A DNA stretch of 61,454 nt from the NCBI GenBank assembly GCA_049472355.1, contig JBLIRP010000009.1:1-61454 (forward strand). Direction: 5' to 3'. Positions within the stretch are counted from its first letter, which is position 1. The number at the start of each line of letters is the position of its first letter. The notes under the pieces are model-generated. The model did no database searches and was not told the origin of the DNA. It was given only the letters and a program-made list of their open reading frames with translations. Positions 9,524-18,670 of this stretch are shown here, piece by piece. Made by a program: the position numbers and the translations under genes. The DNA comes from a bacterium. Lineage in GTDB: Bacteria; SZUA-182; DTGQ01; JAFGSM01.

Positions 9524-10864
9524 ATGGCGTTAACCGGCATTCAGATATTTAAATACCTACCGAAAACGAATTGCGGTGAGTGCAAGTTCCCCACCTGCCT
9601 GGCCTTTGCCATGCGTCTTGCCGCCGGTCAGGCACGGCTCTCGGACTGTCCCTATGTATCGGACGAGGCAAAGAAGGTCCTCAGCGAGGCGTCGGCACCC
9701 CCCGTCCGGCTCGTCAAGCTGGGTGAGGGGGATGCCACGGTTGAACTCGGAGACGAGACCGTGCTGTTCAGGCACGAAAAGCGTTTCAACCATCCCACCT
9801 GCCTGGCGTTGAATATCCCCGACACCGCCCCCCCCGCAGACATCGACAGCAAGGTGGCGCAGGTGGAGTCATCGGCCATGGAGCGGGTGGGGCAGACCCT
9901 CAAGGTGAATATGATCTGCATCTCCTGCGCATCAGGGTCGGCGGAGACCTTTGCCAAGGCGGTTTCCCAGGTGGCAGGTAAGACCAGCCGCCCCCTCATC
10001 CTCGCCTGCACGGACCCCGCGATCATGGGCAAGGCACTGGAGGCATGCGGTGCACGCAAGCCCCTCCTGTATGCGGCAACGGCTGAAAACATGGATGCCA
10101 TGGCCTCCCTTGCAAAATCCAAGGGATGTCCTCTTGCGGTAAAGGCCGAGGGGCCGGATGCCCTTGCGGACCTTGCAGAGAAGGTCGCCGCCGCCGGCGT
10201 GGAGGATATCGTGCTCGATCCCGGCCATAGGAAGGCAGGGGCAATGCTCCAGGACATGACCCAGGTCCGAAGGGCTGCCATCAAGAAGAAGTTCAAGCCG
10301 CTGGGGTACCCCTCCATCGCCTTCCCCGGCGAGAATACGAATGACCCTGACCTGGAGGTGGCACGGGCCGCCGTCGGCATCATGAAGTACGCGTCGATCG
10401 TGGTGTTGAACAGCATCCCCGGAGAGGTGCTTCTCCCCCTGTATACCCTGAGGCAGAACATCTTTACCGATCCGCAGCAACCCATGCAGGTGGAGGAGAA
10501 GCTCTACAAGATCGGCGAACCCACCAAGGAATCACCCCTCCTTATCACCACCAACTTCTCCCTCACTTACTTTATCGTGCAGGGTGAGATCGAAAACAGC
10601 AAGGTGCCGAGCTGGCTGCTGGTTGCCGACTGCGAGGGCATGTCCGTGCTCACCGCATGGGCGGCGGACAAGTTCAATGCGCCCAAGGTCGCGAAACTGG
10701 TGAAGACGAGCGGCATCGAGGATATGCTGGGCCATCGGAATCTGGTTATCCCCGGGTATGTGGCCATTCTCTCCGGTGAGATCGAAGAGGAACTCCCGGG
10801 CTGGACGATCAAGGTGGGGCCCCGGGAGGCGGCCAACATTCCAAAGTTCCTGAGGGAGATATAG
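9524..10864 (+). CDS. acsC: Corrinoid Fe-S protein large subunit
   Basis: LPKTNCGECKFPTCLAFA, LRQNIFTDPQQP, TTNFSLTY, SVLTAWAA and VGPREA. Confidence 0.95.
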   Translation: MALTGIQIFKYLPKTNCGECKFPTCLAFAMRLAAGQARLSDCPYVSDEAKKVLSEASAPPVRLVKLGEGDATVELGDETVLFRHEKRFNHPTCLALNIPDTAPPADIDSKVAQVESSAMERVGQTLKVNMICISCASGSAETFAKAVSQVAGKTSRPLILACTDPAIMGKALEACGARKPLLYAATAENMDAMASLAKSKGCPLAVKAEGPDALADLAEKVAAAGVEDIVLDPGHRKAGAMLQDMTQVRRAAIKKKFKPLGYPSIAFPGENTNDPDLEVARAAVGIMKYASIVVLNSIPGEVLLPLYTLRQNIFTDPQQPMQVEEKLYKIGEPTKESPLLITTNFSLTYFIVQGEIENSKVPSWLLVADCEGMSVLTAWAADKFNAPKVAKLVKTSGIEDMLGHRNLVIPGYVAILSGEIEEELPGWTIKVGPREAANIPKFLREI

Positions 10865-10865
10865 A

Positions 10866-11309
10866 ATGTCCTCCCTTCAGGCGATCCTTGAAGAGGCCAG
10901 GAACAAGCCGGGGACCCTCATCCCGGTCCTTCAGAGGGCACAGGAGGCGCTGGGATATCTCTCCCCGGAGACCCTCCGGGACATCGCCCGGGGGCTGGAT
11001 ATCCCCATGAGCGACATATACGGGGTGGTCACCTTCTATGCCCAGTTTCGGCTCAAGCCAAGCGGCAAAAATATTGTCAAGGTGTGTCACGGCACCGCCT
11101 GCCACGTGGGCGGCAGCGAGAGGCTTTCGGAGGCATTGGAGGACGAGCTGAAGATCAGGCACGGGGAGACCACCCCGGACGGCAAGTTCACCCTGGAGCG
11201 GGTGGCATGCCTGGGCTGCTGCAGCCTGGCCCCCTGCATCATGATCAACGGTGAAACCTATGGACGTCTGAGCCCGGAGAAGGCCAGACAGATTGTCAGA
11301 GGCATATGA
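10866..11309 (+). CDS. NuoE/HydC-like [2Fe-2S] subunit (StnA-like)
   Basis: VVTFYAQF, VCHGTACH and ACLGCCSLAP. Confidence 0.9.
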   Translation: MSSLQAILEEARNKPGTLIPVLQRAQEALGYLSPETLRDIARGLDIPMSDIYGVVTFYAQFRLKPSGKNIVKVCHGTACHVGGSERLSEALEDELKIRHGETTPDGKFTLERVACLGCCSLAPCIMINGETYGRLSPEKARQIVRGI

Positions 11310-13090
11310 GTACGTCACGGATACAGGGTATACGCATCGGACTCGGCTCCTGCGGCATTGCAGCAGGGGGCCAGAAGGTCCATGACGCATTGCAGGAACT
11401 GCTGGCGCGGAAGGGGATTCCCCTCCGTATCGGAAAAACCGGGTGCAACGGCATGTGTTTCAACGAGGTGCTGGTGGAGTTGGACGACCCGGACCACGGC
11501 AGGATCATCTACGGCCAGGTTACCCCCGAGATGCTCGAACGGCTGGTGGACGAGCACATCGATAAGGGAAGGGTGATTCCCGAGTGGGTGACATTCGCCG
11601 AGGCCATCGATGCGGAGCACAACGATTTTATCGGCTCGCAGCAGCGCATTGTATTGAGCCGCTGCGGCCTCATCGATCCGGAGTCCATCGAGGATGCCAT
11701 GGGCCACGGCGCCTACCAGGCGCTTGACAAGGCGCTCACCCGGATGACCAGGGAAAAGGTCGTCGAGGAGATCAAGGCATCCGGTCTCAGGGGGAGGGGG
11801 GGCGGAGGGTTTCCCACCGGATTGAAGTGGGAGTACACCGCAAAGAGCCCTGGTACGGACAAGTACATGATCTGTAATGCCGATGAGGGGGACCCCGGTG
11901 CATTCATGGATCGCAGCGTGCTGGAGAGCGACCCTCACAGCGTGCTGGAGGGGATCACCATCGCCGGATACGCCATCGGCGCCACTCACGGGTATATCTA
12001 CTGCAGGGCGGAATATCCCCTCGCCATCAAACACCTCAAGGAGGCCATAGCCCAGTCCACGGACAAGGGATTCCTGGGTGATCGGATCATGGGCACCGAT
12101 TTCTCCTTCCATATCACCATCAAGGAGGGGGCAGGCGCCTTCGTGTGCGGTGAGGAGACGGCGCTCATTGCCTCGATCGAGGGAAAGCGGGGAATGCCAC
12201 GCTACCGCCCGCCGTTTCCGGCCCAGTCAGGCCTGTGGGGAAAACCTACCTGCATCAACAACGTGGAGACCCTCGCGGCCGTCTCCTGGATCATCAGAAA
12301 CGGTGCACAGGAATACGCTGCACTGGGCACCGAAAAGAGCAAGGGGACGAAGGTATTTGCCCTTGCAGGCCGTATCAAGCGGGGCGGATTGATCGAGGTC
12401 CCCATGGGCATGACCATACGGGAGGTGATCACCAGGGTGGGGGGAGGAAGCTCCTCCGGCAGGCGCATCAAGGCGGTGCAGCTCGGAGGGCCGTCCGGGG
12501 GATGCATCCCCGAGAGGCTCTTCGACACCCCCATCGACTATGAGTCCGTGACCCGGACGGGCGCCATCATGGGCTCCGGCGGGATGGTGGTGATGGACGA
12601 GGAGAGCTGCATGGTGGATGTGGCCCGCTTCTTCCTGAGCTTTACCCAGCTCGAGTCCTGCGGCAAGTGCACCTTCTGCCGCATCGGCACCCTCCGCATG
12701 CTCGAGATACTGGAGCGGATCACCAAGGGTGAGGGAAGGGAGGAGGACCTCACAACACTCGATGACCTCGCATACAAGATCAAGGACTCCGCCCTGTGCG
12801 GTCTCGGTCAGACCGCGCCCAATCCGGTCCTCACCACAATCAAGTACTTCCGCGATGAATACGAGGCGCACATCCGTGACCGGCGATGCCCTGCGGGCGT
12901 GTGCAAGTCACTTATCACCTTCAGGATTCTCGATGATGCCTGCGTCGGGTGCGGCCGGTGTATCAAGCTCTGTCCAGCGGGCGCCATTTCAGGCACGAAG
13001 AAGGCGCCCCATACCATTGATGTCAACCTGTGCATAAAGTGCGGTGCATGTTTCGACGGATGCAAATTTGAGGCGATTGTAAAGGAATGA
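11306..13090 (+). CDS. NuoF/HydB-like NADH/FMN subunit of electron-bifurcating type (StnB-like)
   Basis: N-terminal thioredoxin-like Fe-S domain; GLRGRGGGGFPTG, NADEGDPGAFMDRS, CGEETAL, GGPSGGC and ESCGKCTFCRIG; C-terminal 2x[4Fe-4S] domain (CVGCGRC, CIKCGAC). Confidence 0.92.
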   Translation: MSTSRIQGIRIGLGSCGIAAGGQKVHDALQELLARKGIPLRIGKTGCNGMCFNEVLVELDDPDHGRIIYGQVTPEMLERLVDEHIDKGRVIPEWVTFAEAIDAEHNDFIGSQQRIVLSRCGLIDPESIEDAMGHGAYQALDKALTRMTREKVVEEIKASGLRGRGGGGFPTGLKWEYTAKSPGTDKYMICNADEGDPGAFMDRSVLESDPHSVLEGITIAGYAIGATHGYIYCRAEYPLAIKHLKEAIAQSTDKGFLGDRIMGTDFSFHITIKEGAGAFVCGEETALIASIEGKRGMPRYRPPFPAQSGLWGKPTCINNVETLAAVSWIIRNGAQEYAALGTEKSKGTKVFALAGRIKRGGLIEVPMGMTIREVITRVGGGSSSGRRIKAVQLGGPSGGCIPERLFDTPIDYESVTRTGAIMGSGGMVVMDEESCMVDVARFFLSFTQLESCGKCTFCRIGTLRMLEILERITKGEGREEDLTTLDDLAYKIKDSALCGLGQTAPNPVLTTIKYFRDEYEAHIRDRRCPAGVCKSLITFRILDDACVGCGRCIKLCPAGAISGTKKAPHTIDVNLCIKCGACFDGCKFEAIVKE

Positions 13091-16000
13091 AAACGGTCAG
13101 ATTGAAGATAGACAACCAAAATATCGAGGCCCCGGAGGGCCGGACCATCTTTCAGGCGGCACGGGCACACGGGATCGACATCCCCCACCTGTGCTTTGAT
13201 CCCCGGCTGGATCCCTTCACCTCCTGCTGGCTGTGCACCGTGGAGGTGAAAGGGTTTCCGCGGCTTGTACCCTCCTGCACCGCCAAGGTGGCGGAGGGCA
13301 TGGAGGTGTTCACCCGCAGCGAACGGGTGAAGAGCGCGCGGAAGACCTGCCTGGACCTGCTGCTTTCGGACCATTACGGGGACTGCATTGCACCCTGCCA
13401 GCAGGCCTGCCCCGACCATATCGACATCCAGGGATACCTTGCCTTGATCGCCCTGGGACGGCACCGGGAGGCGCTCGAGCTGATCAGGGAGGTAAATCCC
13501 CTGCCCCTGTGCGTGGGCAGGGTATGCCCCCGGTTCTGCGAGAAGGAGTGCCGCAGGAACCTTGTGGATGAGCCGGTGGGGATCAATTTCCTGAAGCGGT
13601 TTGCCAGTGAGCATGGGTATGAAGGGATCGACCCCTCGTCATCGGTCGCTCCTGACACCGGTTCTCGGGTGGCGATCATCGGCGCCGGTCCTGCGGGGCT
13701 TACCGCCGCCCATTTTCTCAGGCTGCAGGGCCATCGGGTTACCATATTCGAGGCGAATCCGAAACCGGGCGGCATGCTCCGCTACGGCATCCCCGAATAC
13801 CGTCTGCCCAAACAGGAGATGGACAGGGAACTCGACCTCATCCTCGATATGGGGGTGGAGATCGAATACGGCGTCAGGCTGGGAAGGGACATGGATATCC
13901 AGGCGCTTCATGCGAAGGGTTTCAATGCCATCCTCCTTGCCATCGGTGCATGGGCGGAGCGTAAGCTCGGGTGCGAGGGTGAGGCCCTGGCCGGGGTGGA
14001 ATCGGGCATCGGGTTCCTCTACCGGATTGCCTCGGGCGAAAAGGTCCGCGTTGGGAAGAGTGTGAGCGTTATCGGCGGAGGGAACACCGCGATCGACGCA
14101 GCCCGCAGTTGTCTCAGGCTGGGCGCCCGGGAGGTGCACCTCATCTATCGGCGATCCAGGGAGGAGATGCCCGCGAACGAGGAGGAGATCAAGGAGGCGG
14201 AGCACGAAGGGGTGCGGATCCATTTCCTGTCCGCCCCGGTCCAGGTTGCCGGGAGCGAAGGGAAGGTCTGTTCGGCGTGCTGCATACGCATGGAGCTCGG
14301 CGAGCCGGACGCGAGCGGACGACGGCGTCCGGTGCCGGTGAAGGGCTCCGAATACGCATTCGAGACCGACATGGTCATCGCCGCCATCGGCCAGTTCATG
14401 GGGGATCAGGATACCCTGAAAGATATGGGGATTGAGCTTACCCGCCGGGGAACCGTGGCGATCAACGAAAAGACTGCGGAAACCTCTCTCCCCGGGGTAT
14501 TTGCAGCGGGGGATTGCGTGCTCGGTCCGGCCACCGTCATCGAGGCCATTGCAGGGGGACGGCGAGCCGCTGCCGCCATCGACGGCTATCTGCGGAAGGC
14601 CTCGGCAATGGTTGAAGAACGCGTGCCATACAATCATTCCAAGGGAGACCTCAAAACCATTGACCGCGCACCGTTTGAGGACTATGAGAAGATCCCCAGG
14701 GCAATAATGCCCTCACTTTCAGCCCAGGAGCGGCTGAAGGGATTCGAGGAGGTCGAGCGCGGCATCACCGAAGAGATGGCCCTACAAGAGGCGGGCCGGT
14801 GCCTGAGCTGCGGGTGCGAGGCGGTATTCGATTGCAAGCTCAGGGAATATGCCACCGAATACGGCCTTGCCCGTCCTGAGGTCATGAAGGGCCGGTACAA
14901 TCGCTACCGGGAGCGGGAGGAGCATCCCCTCATCGTCAGGGACCGGAACAAGTGCATCCGGTGCGGGTTGTGCGTAAGGATGTGCGCGGAGGTGGAGGGC
15001 GCCTCCGCATATGGGTTCGTGAACCGGGGATTTCAGACCATCGTCGACCAGCCGTTCGATCTTCCCCTGCACGAGAGCTCGTGCGACTCCTGCGGCCTCT
15101 GCCTGTCCACGTGTCCGACCGGCGCCCTGGAGTATCGTCCCCGGCTTCCCAAACCAGGCCCCTGGTTGCCCAGGGAGACGGAGACGATTTGCACCCTGTG
15201 CGGCATGGGGTGCGAGGTAGTGGTGAAGACACGGGCAGGGCATTGCCTGGAGGTGTCGCCGCGACCCAACGGGGGCATCAATCAAGGGAAGCTCTGCTGG
15301 CGGGGCACCTTCGGCGGGGAGATGATCCACTCACCGCTGCGGCAGCGGGATCCGTTCAGATGGCGGAATGGCCGCAAGACCCCCTTGGACTGGGATGAGG
15401 CGATTGCATCTGCCGGTGCCTCCCTGAAGGAGAAGGCATCGGCAGGGGCCCTTGCCGTCATTGCCTCCCCGAGGCTGACCCTGGAGGAATTTGTCCTGAT
15501 CCGCCATCTGGCCGCAGCGGGTGGTATCGGTGAAGTGTATATGCCCGGCGTAAGCGGGAAAAGGGTTGGCCTGCTGTCGCACGGAAGGGGCGCCGACTAC
15601 CGGATGGCGCAGGAGAGTGATTTCATCCTTTGCCTGGGTTCCCGGATCGTGCAGGACTTTCCCGTTGCCTCATACATGATCAAGGATGCCGTACGGCACG
15701 GGGCCGAACTGGGAATCATCGGCACGGAATCGAGAAGGCTCTCGGATCGGGCTGCCGTATGGCTGGATGCTGACCGGGATACGCTCGGCACCCTCCTTTC
15801 ACTTCTCAGTGCATGCGCGGTTGAGGAGGGACTCATCCGAACGGCGCACAACAAAGGGGGCAGGAAGCCTCCCTCCCTTGGCGCCAAGGACCGGGATATG
15901 CTGGATCGATCGGTACGCAGGGGTACGACAGCGGGATTGATCCGGAATCTTCTGGATGCACGGCAGCCGGTGGTGGTGGTGAACTCCTCGATTGTATCCG

Positions 16001-16605
16001 CAGCGCAGCTTGCCTGGCTTTTTGAAGGGATCTGGGGAAATCTGCGTTTTCTCCCCCTCTCCCTTTTCGGCGGTGATGCGAAGGATGTACAATCCCCCCC
16101 CATGGAGGGTTTGGAGAAATCCATAAGAGATGGTATAATGACCGGGCTTTTGGCCTTTGGGCACTGGAAGGGGCTTGAGCGGATCAAACAGGCCTTTCCG
16201 GGGCTGATGATCGTACAATCAGCGGTATTCGGGGGAAGGAACGGGTATCAGCCCGATTTTTTTCTTCCTGCGAGCCTGCCGTTTGAATCATCGGGAAGCT
16301 TTATCAATGCCGAGGGCCGCATGCAGAAACTCACGCCGGTTGGTTCCTCGCCCTCGGGAATGGAAAACGGGGCGCTGATTATCAGGCTGGCCGATGCCAT
16401 GGGCGTCTCTTTGCCGTACACAAGGATCAAGGATGCCGCTCAGGCGTTGAGCGAGTCACCGGATATTCCCTCCAGGGAAGTATCGGACGAGTGCATGTCG
16501 CTGGAAGTCGAGTCCGCCACGCGCACGCCCTCCGGGTGGGATACGGATGAGATCGAGGATTTTTTACAAACCGAGATAGGCGCGCGTATATTCAGAAAGG
16601 GGTAA
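13087..16605 (+). CDS. Multidomain flavoprotein: NuoG-like Fe-S N-terminus, GltD-like FAD/NADP(H) domain, ferredoxin, degenerate molybdopterin-oxidoreductase fold (StnC-like)
   Basis: IPHLC...CWLC, APCQQACP, GRVCPRFCE, IIGAGPAG, GGGNTAIDAAR..YRRS, CIRCGLC, CDSCGLC and CTLCGMGC...LC; no FDH-type catalytic Cys/Sec-His motif in the C-terminal part. Confidence 0.85.
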   Translation: MKTVRLKIDNQNIEAPEGRTIFQAARAHGIDIPHLCFDPRLDPFTSCWLCTVEVKGFPRLVPSCTAKVAEGMEVFTRSERVKSARKTCLDLLLSDHYGDCIAPCQQACPDHIDIQGYLALIALGRHREALELIREVNPLPLCVGRVCPRFCEKECRRNLVDEPVGINFLKRFASEHGYEGIDPSSSVAPDTGSRVAIIGAGPAGLTAAHFLRLQGHRVTIFEANPKPGGMLRYGIPEYRLPKQEMDRELDLILDMGVEIEYGVRLGRDMDIQALHAKGFNAILLAIGAWAERKLGCEGEALAGVESGIGFLYRIASGEKVRVGKSVSVIGGGNTAIDAARSCLRLGAREVHLIYRRSREEMPANEEEIKEAEHEGVRIHFLSAPVQVAGSEGKVCSACCIRMELGEPDASGRRRPVPVKGSEYAFETDMVIAAIGQFMGDQDTLKDMGIELTRRGTVAINEKTAETSLPGVFAAGDCVLGPATVIEAIAGGRRAAAAIDGYLRKASAMVEERVPYNHSKGDLKTIDRAPFEDYEKIPRAIMPSLSAQERLKGFEEVERGITEEMALQEAGRCLSCGCEAVFDCKLREYATEYGLARPEVMKGRYNRYREREEHPLIVRDRNKCIRCGLCVRMCAEVEGASAYGFVNRGFQTIVDQPFDLPLHESSCDSCGLCLSTCPTGALEYRPRLPKPGPWLPRETETICTLCGMGCEVVVKTRAGHCLEVSPRPNGGINQGKLCWRGTFGGEMIHSPLRQRDPFRWRNGRKTPLDWDEAIASAGASLKEKASAGALAVIASPRLTLEEFVLIRHLAAAGGIGEVYMPGVSGKRVGLLSHGRGADYRMAQESDFILCLGSRIVQDFPVASYMIKDAVRHGAELGIIGTESRRLSDRAAVWLDADRDTLGTLLSLLSACAVEEGLIRTAHNKGGRKPPSLGAKDRDMLDRSVRRGTTAGLIRNLLDARQPVVVVNSSIVSAAQLAWLFEGIWGNLRFLPLSLFGGDAKDVQSPPMEGLEKSIRDGIMTGLLAFGHWKGLERIKQAFPGLMIVQSAVFGGRNGYQPDFFLPASLPFESSGSFINAEGRMQKLTPVGSSPSGMENGALIIRLADAMGVSLPYTRIKDAAQALSESPDIPSREVSDECMSLEVESATRTPSGWDTDEIEDFLQTEIGARIFRKG

Positions 16606-16732
16606 CCGCACAAGGCATCCCCTTTGTTGCATGGTATCGTGCACACACAGCGAAAGGAATACGAAGACCGTATGAAACAACCAAAAGAAAGTGCCCTGTC
16701 TTTCAATACAAGGAGGTTTCGAGGAGGAATTC

Positions 16733-18670
16733 ATGGATAAGAAGAGCATTGATGCTGCCAGTTGTTCTATGATAGTCAAGGCCGCCGAACAAAGGGTGGA
16801 AACGGCGTGGACACGGCTGGATGAACAGTCCCCCCCGTGCGGTTTCGGGGAACTCGGCATCTGCTGCCGGAACTGTTTTATGGGACCCTGCCGGATAGAT
16901 CCGTTTGGTGAAGGCGCCCAGCGGGGTGTGTGCGGGGCGACCGCAGAGACCATTGTTGCGCGCAATTTCATACGCATGATCGCCGCCGGTGCAGCGGCCC
17001 ACTCCGATCATGGCCGGGGCGTGGCCCAGACATTCCTGGCCACCGCGCGCGGCGAGATCCCCGGCTACGAGATCAAGGACGTCAGGAAGCTGATGGCCCT
17101 TGCGCAGGAGCTTGGGGTACAGACGGAGGGGAAGAACAAGAACCAGATCGCCGAGGAGGTCGGGAAGATATGCCTGGGAGAGTTCGGCAGGCAGGAGGGA
17201 TCCCTGCCCTTCTTGCGGAGGGCGCCCAAGGCCAGGCAGGAACTCTGGAAGAGCCTGGGGATCGCCCCCCGGGGCATCGACCGGGAGATCGTGGAGATCA
17301 TGCATCGCACCCACATGGGTGTTGACCAGGAGTACCGGAACCTGATGCGGCAGGGGAGCCGAGCGGCCCTCGGCGACGGCTGGGGAGGGTCCATGATCGC
17401 CACCGAACTGCAGGACGTCATGTTCGGCACCCCGATCCCGGTCAGGGCGAAGATGAACCTGGGAGTGCTGAAAAAGGACGAGGTCAACGTCATCGTCCAT
17501 GGGCACGAACCCCTCCTTTCCGAGATGATCGTAAAGGTCGCCCAGGACAAGGAGATGGTGAAGAAGGCAAAGGAGAAGGGCGCCAAGGGGATCAACATCG
17601 CCGGGATCTGCTGCACCGCCAATGAAATCCTGCTGCGGCACGGCATTCCCGTTGCAGGCAATTTTCTCCAGCAGGAGCTCGCCATCATGACCGGAGCGGT
17701 GGATGCCATGATCGTGGATATCCAGTGCATCATGCAGTCCCTTCCCGAGGTGGCGCAATGTTTCCACACCAAGGTCATCACCACCACGGAAAAGGCCCGG
17801 ATGCCCGGTGCGATCCACCTCGAATTCAACGAGCACGATCCCATCAACACGGCCAAGGAGATCGTCAACGTGGCCATCGAGAACTACCCGAACCGCGGCG
17901 AGGTCAATATCCCCAAGGAGACCATGGACGTGGTGGTGGGATTCAGCCACGAGACCATCAACTACATGCTGGGCGGCATGTTCCGTTCCTCGTACCGGCC
18001 GCTGAACGACGCCATCATCGACGGCAGGATCCTGGGGGTGGCGGGCGTGGTGGGGTGCAACAATCCCAAGTCATGCCATGACGATATTCACATAACGGTG
18101 GTGAAGGAGCTTATCAAAAACAACGTGCTGGTGGTTCAGACCGGCTGCAGCGCCATTGCCTGCGGCAAGGAAGGGCTCTTGACGCCTGAGGCCATTGAGT
18201 ATGCGGGCCCCGGACTGCGTGAGGTATGCGAGGCGGTGGGAATGCCCCCCGTGCTGCACAGCGGGTCCTGCGTGGACAACAGCCGTATCCTGGTGGCCGC
18301 CTGCCACATGGTTGCCGAGGGGGGACTGGGAAAGGACATCAGCGATCTTCCCGTTGCCGGCGCCGCACCCGAGTGGATGAGCGAGAAGGCCATATCCATC
18401 GGCCACTACTTCGTGGCAAGCGGCGTCTTCACGGTATTCGGCGTGGGGCTTCCGGTCATGGGAAGCAGGGAATTCAGCGATTACCTCTTCAATGAATTGG
18501 GAAAGGAACTGGGGGGCAATTGGGCGGTTGAAACGGACCCGTACAAGATGGCCCAACTGATGATCGATCACATCAACAAGAAGAGAGAAGCCCTTGGGAT
18601 CCAGCAAAAGCGGGAGAGGGTCTTGTATGACATGGCTATGAGGAGGGAACTGGAAAAATGTCAAAAATAA
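16733..18670 (+). CDS. acsA: Anaerobic Ni-CO dehydrogenase catalytic subunit (CooS/AcsA)
   Basis: CGFGELGICCRNCFMGPC, AAAHSDH, VHGHEP, ICCTANE, DIQC, GCNN, GSCVDNSR and PEWMSEKA; SD GAGGAGG. Confidence 0.96.
   Translation: MDKKSIDAASCSMIVKAAEQRVETAWTRLDEQSPPCGFGELGICCRNCFMGPCRIDPFGEGAQRGVCGATAETIVARNFIRMIAAGAAAHSDHGRGVAQTFLATARGEIPGYEIKDVRKLMALAQELGVQTEGKNKNQIAEEVGKICLGEFGRQEGSLPFLRRAPKARQELWKSLGIAPRGIDREIVEIMHRTHMGVDQEYRNLMRQGSRAALGDGWGGSMIATELQDVMFGTPIPVRAKMNLGVLKKDEVNVIVHGHEPLLSEMIVKVAQDKEMVKKAKEKGAKGINIAGICCTANEILLRHGIPVAGNFLQQELAIMTGAVDAMIVDIQCIMQSLPEVAQCFHTKVITTTEKARMPGAIHLEFNEHDPINTAKEIVNVAIENYPNRGEVNIPKETMDVVVGFSHETINYMLGGMFRSSYRPLNDAIIDGRILGVAGVVGCNNPKSCHDDIHITVVKELIKNNVLVVQTGCSAIACGKEGLLTPEAIEYAGPGLREVCEAVGMPPVLHSGSCVDNSRILVAACHMVAEGGLGKDISDLPVAGAAPEWMSEKAISIGHYFVASGVFTVFGVGLPVMGSREFSDYLFNELGKELGGNWAVETDPYKMAQLMIDHINKKREALGIQQKRERVLYDMAMRRELEKCQK

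Noticed and set aside
10866..13090. Respiratory complex I nuoEF
   Set aside because: No membrane nuo genes; the extra Fe-S domains and GDPGAFM/GGPSG motifs indicate HydBC-type soluble flavoenzymes.
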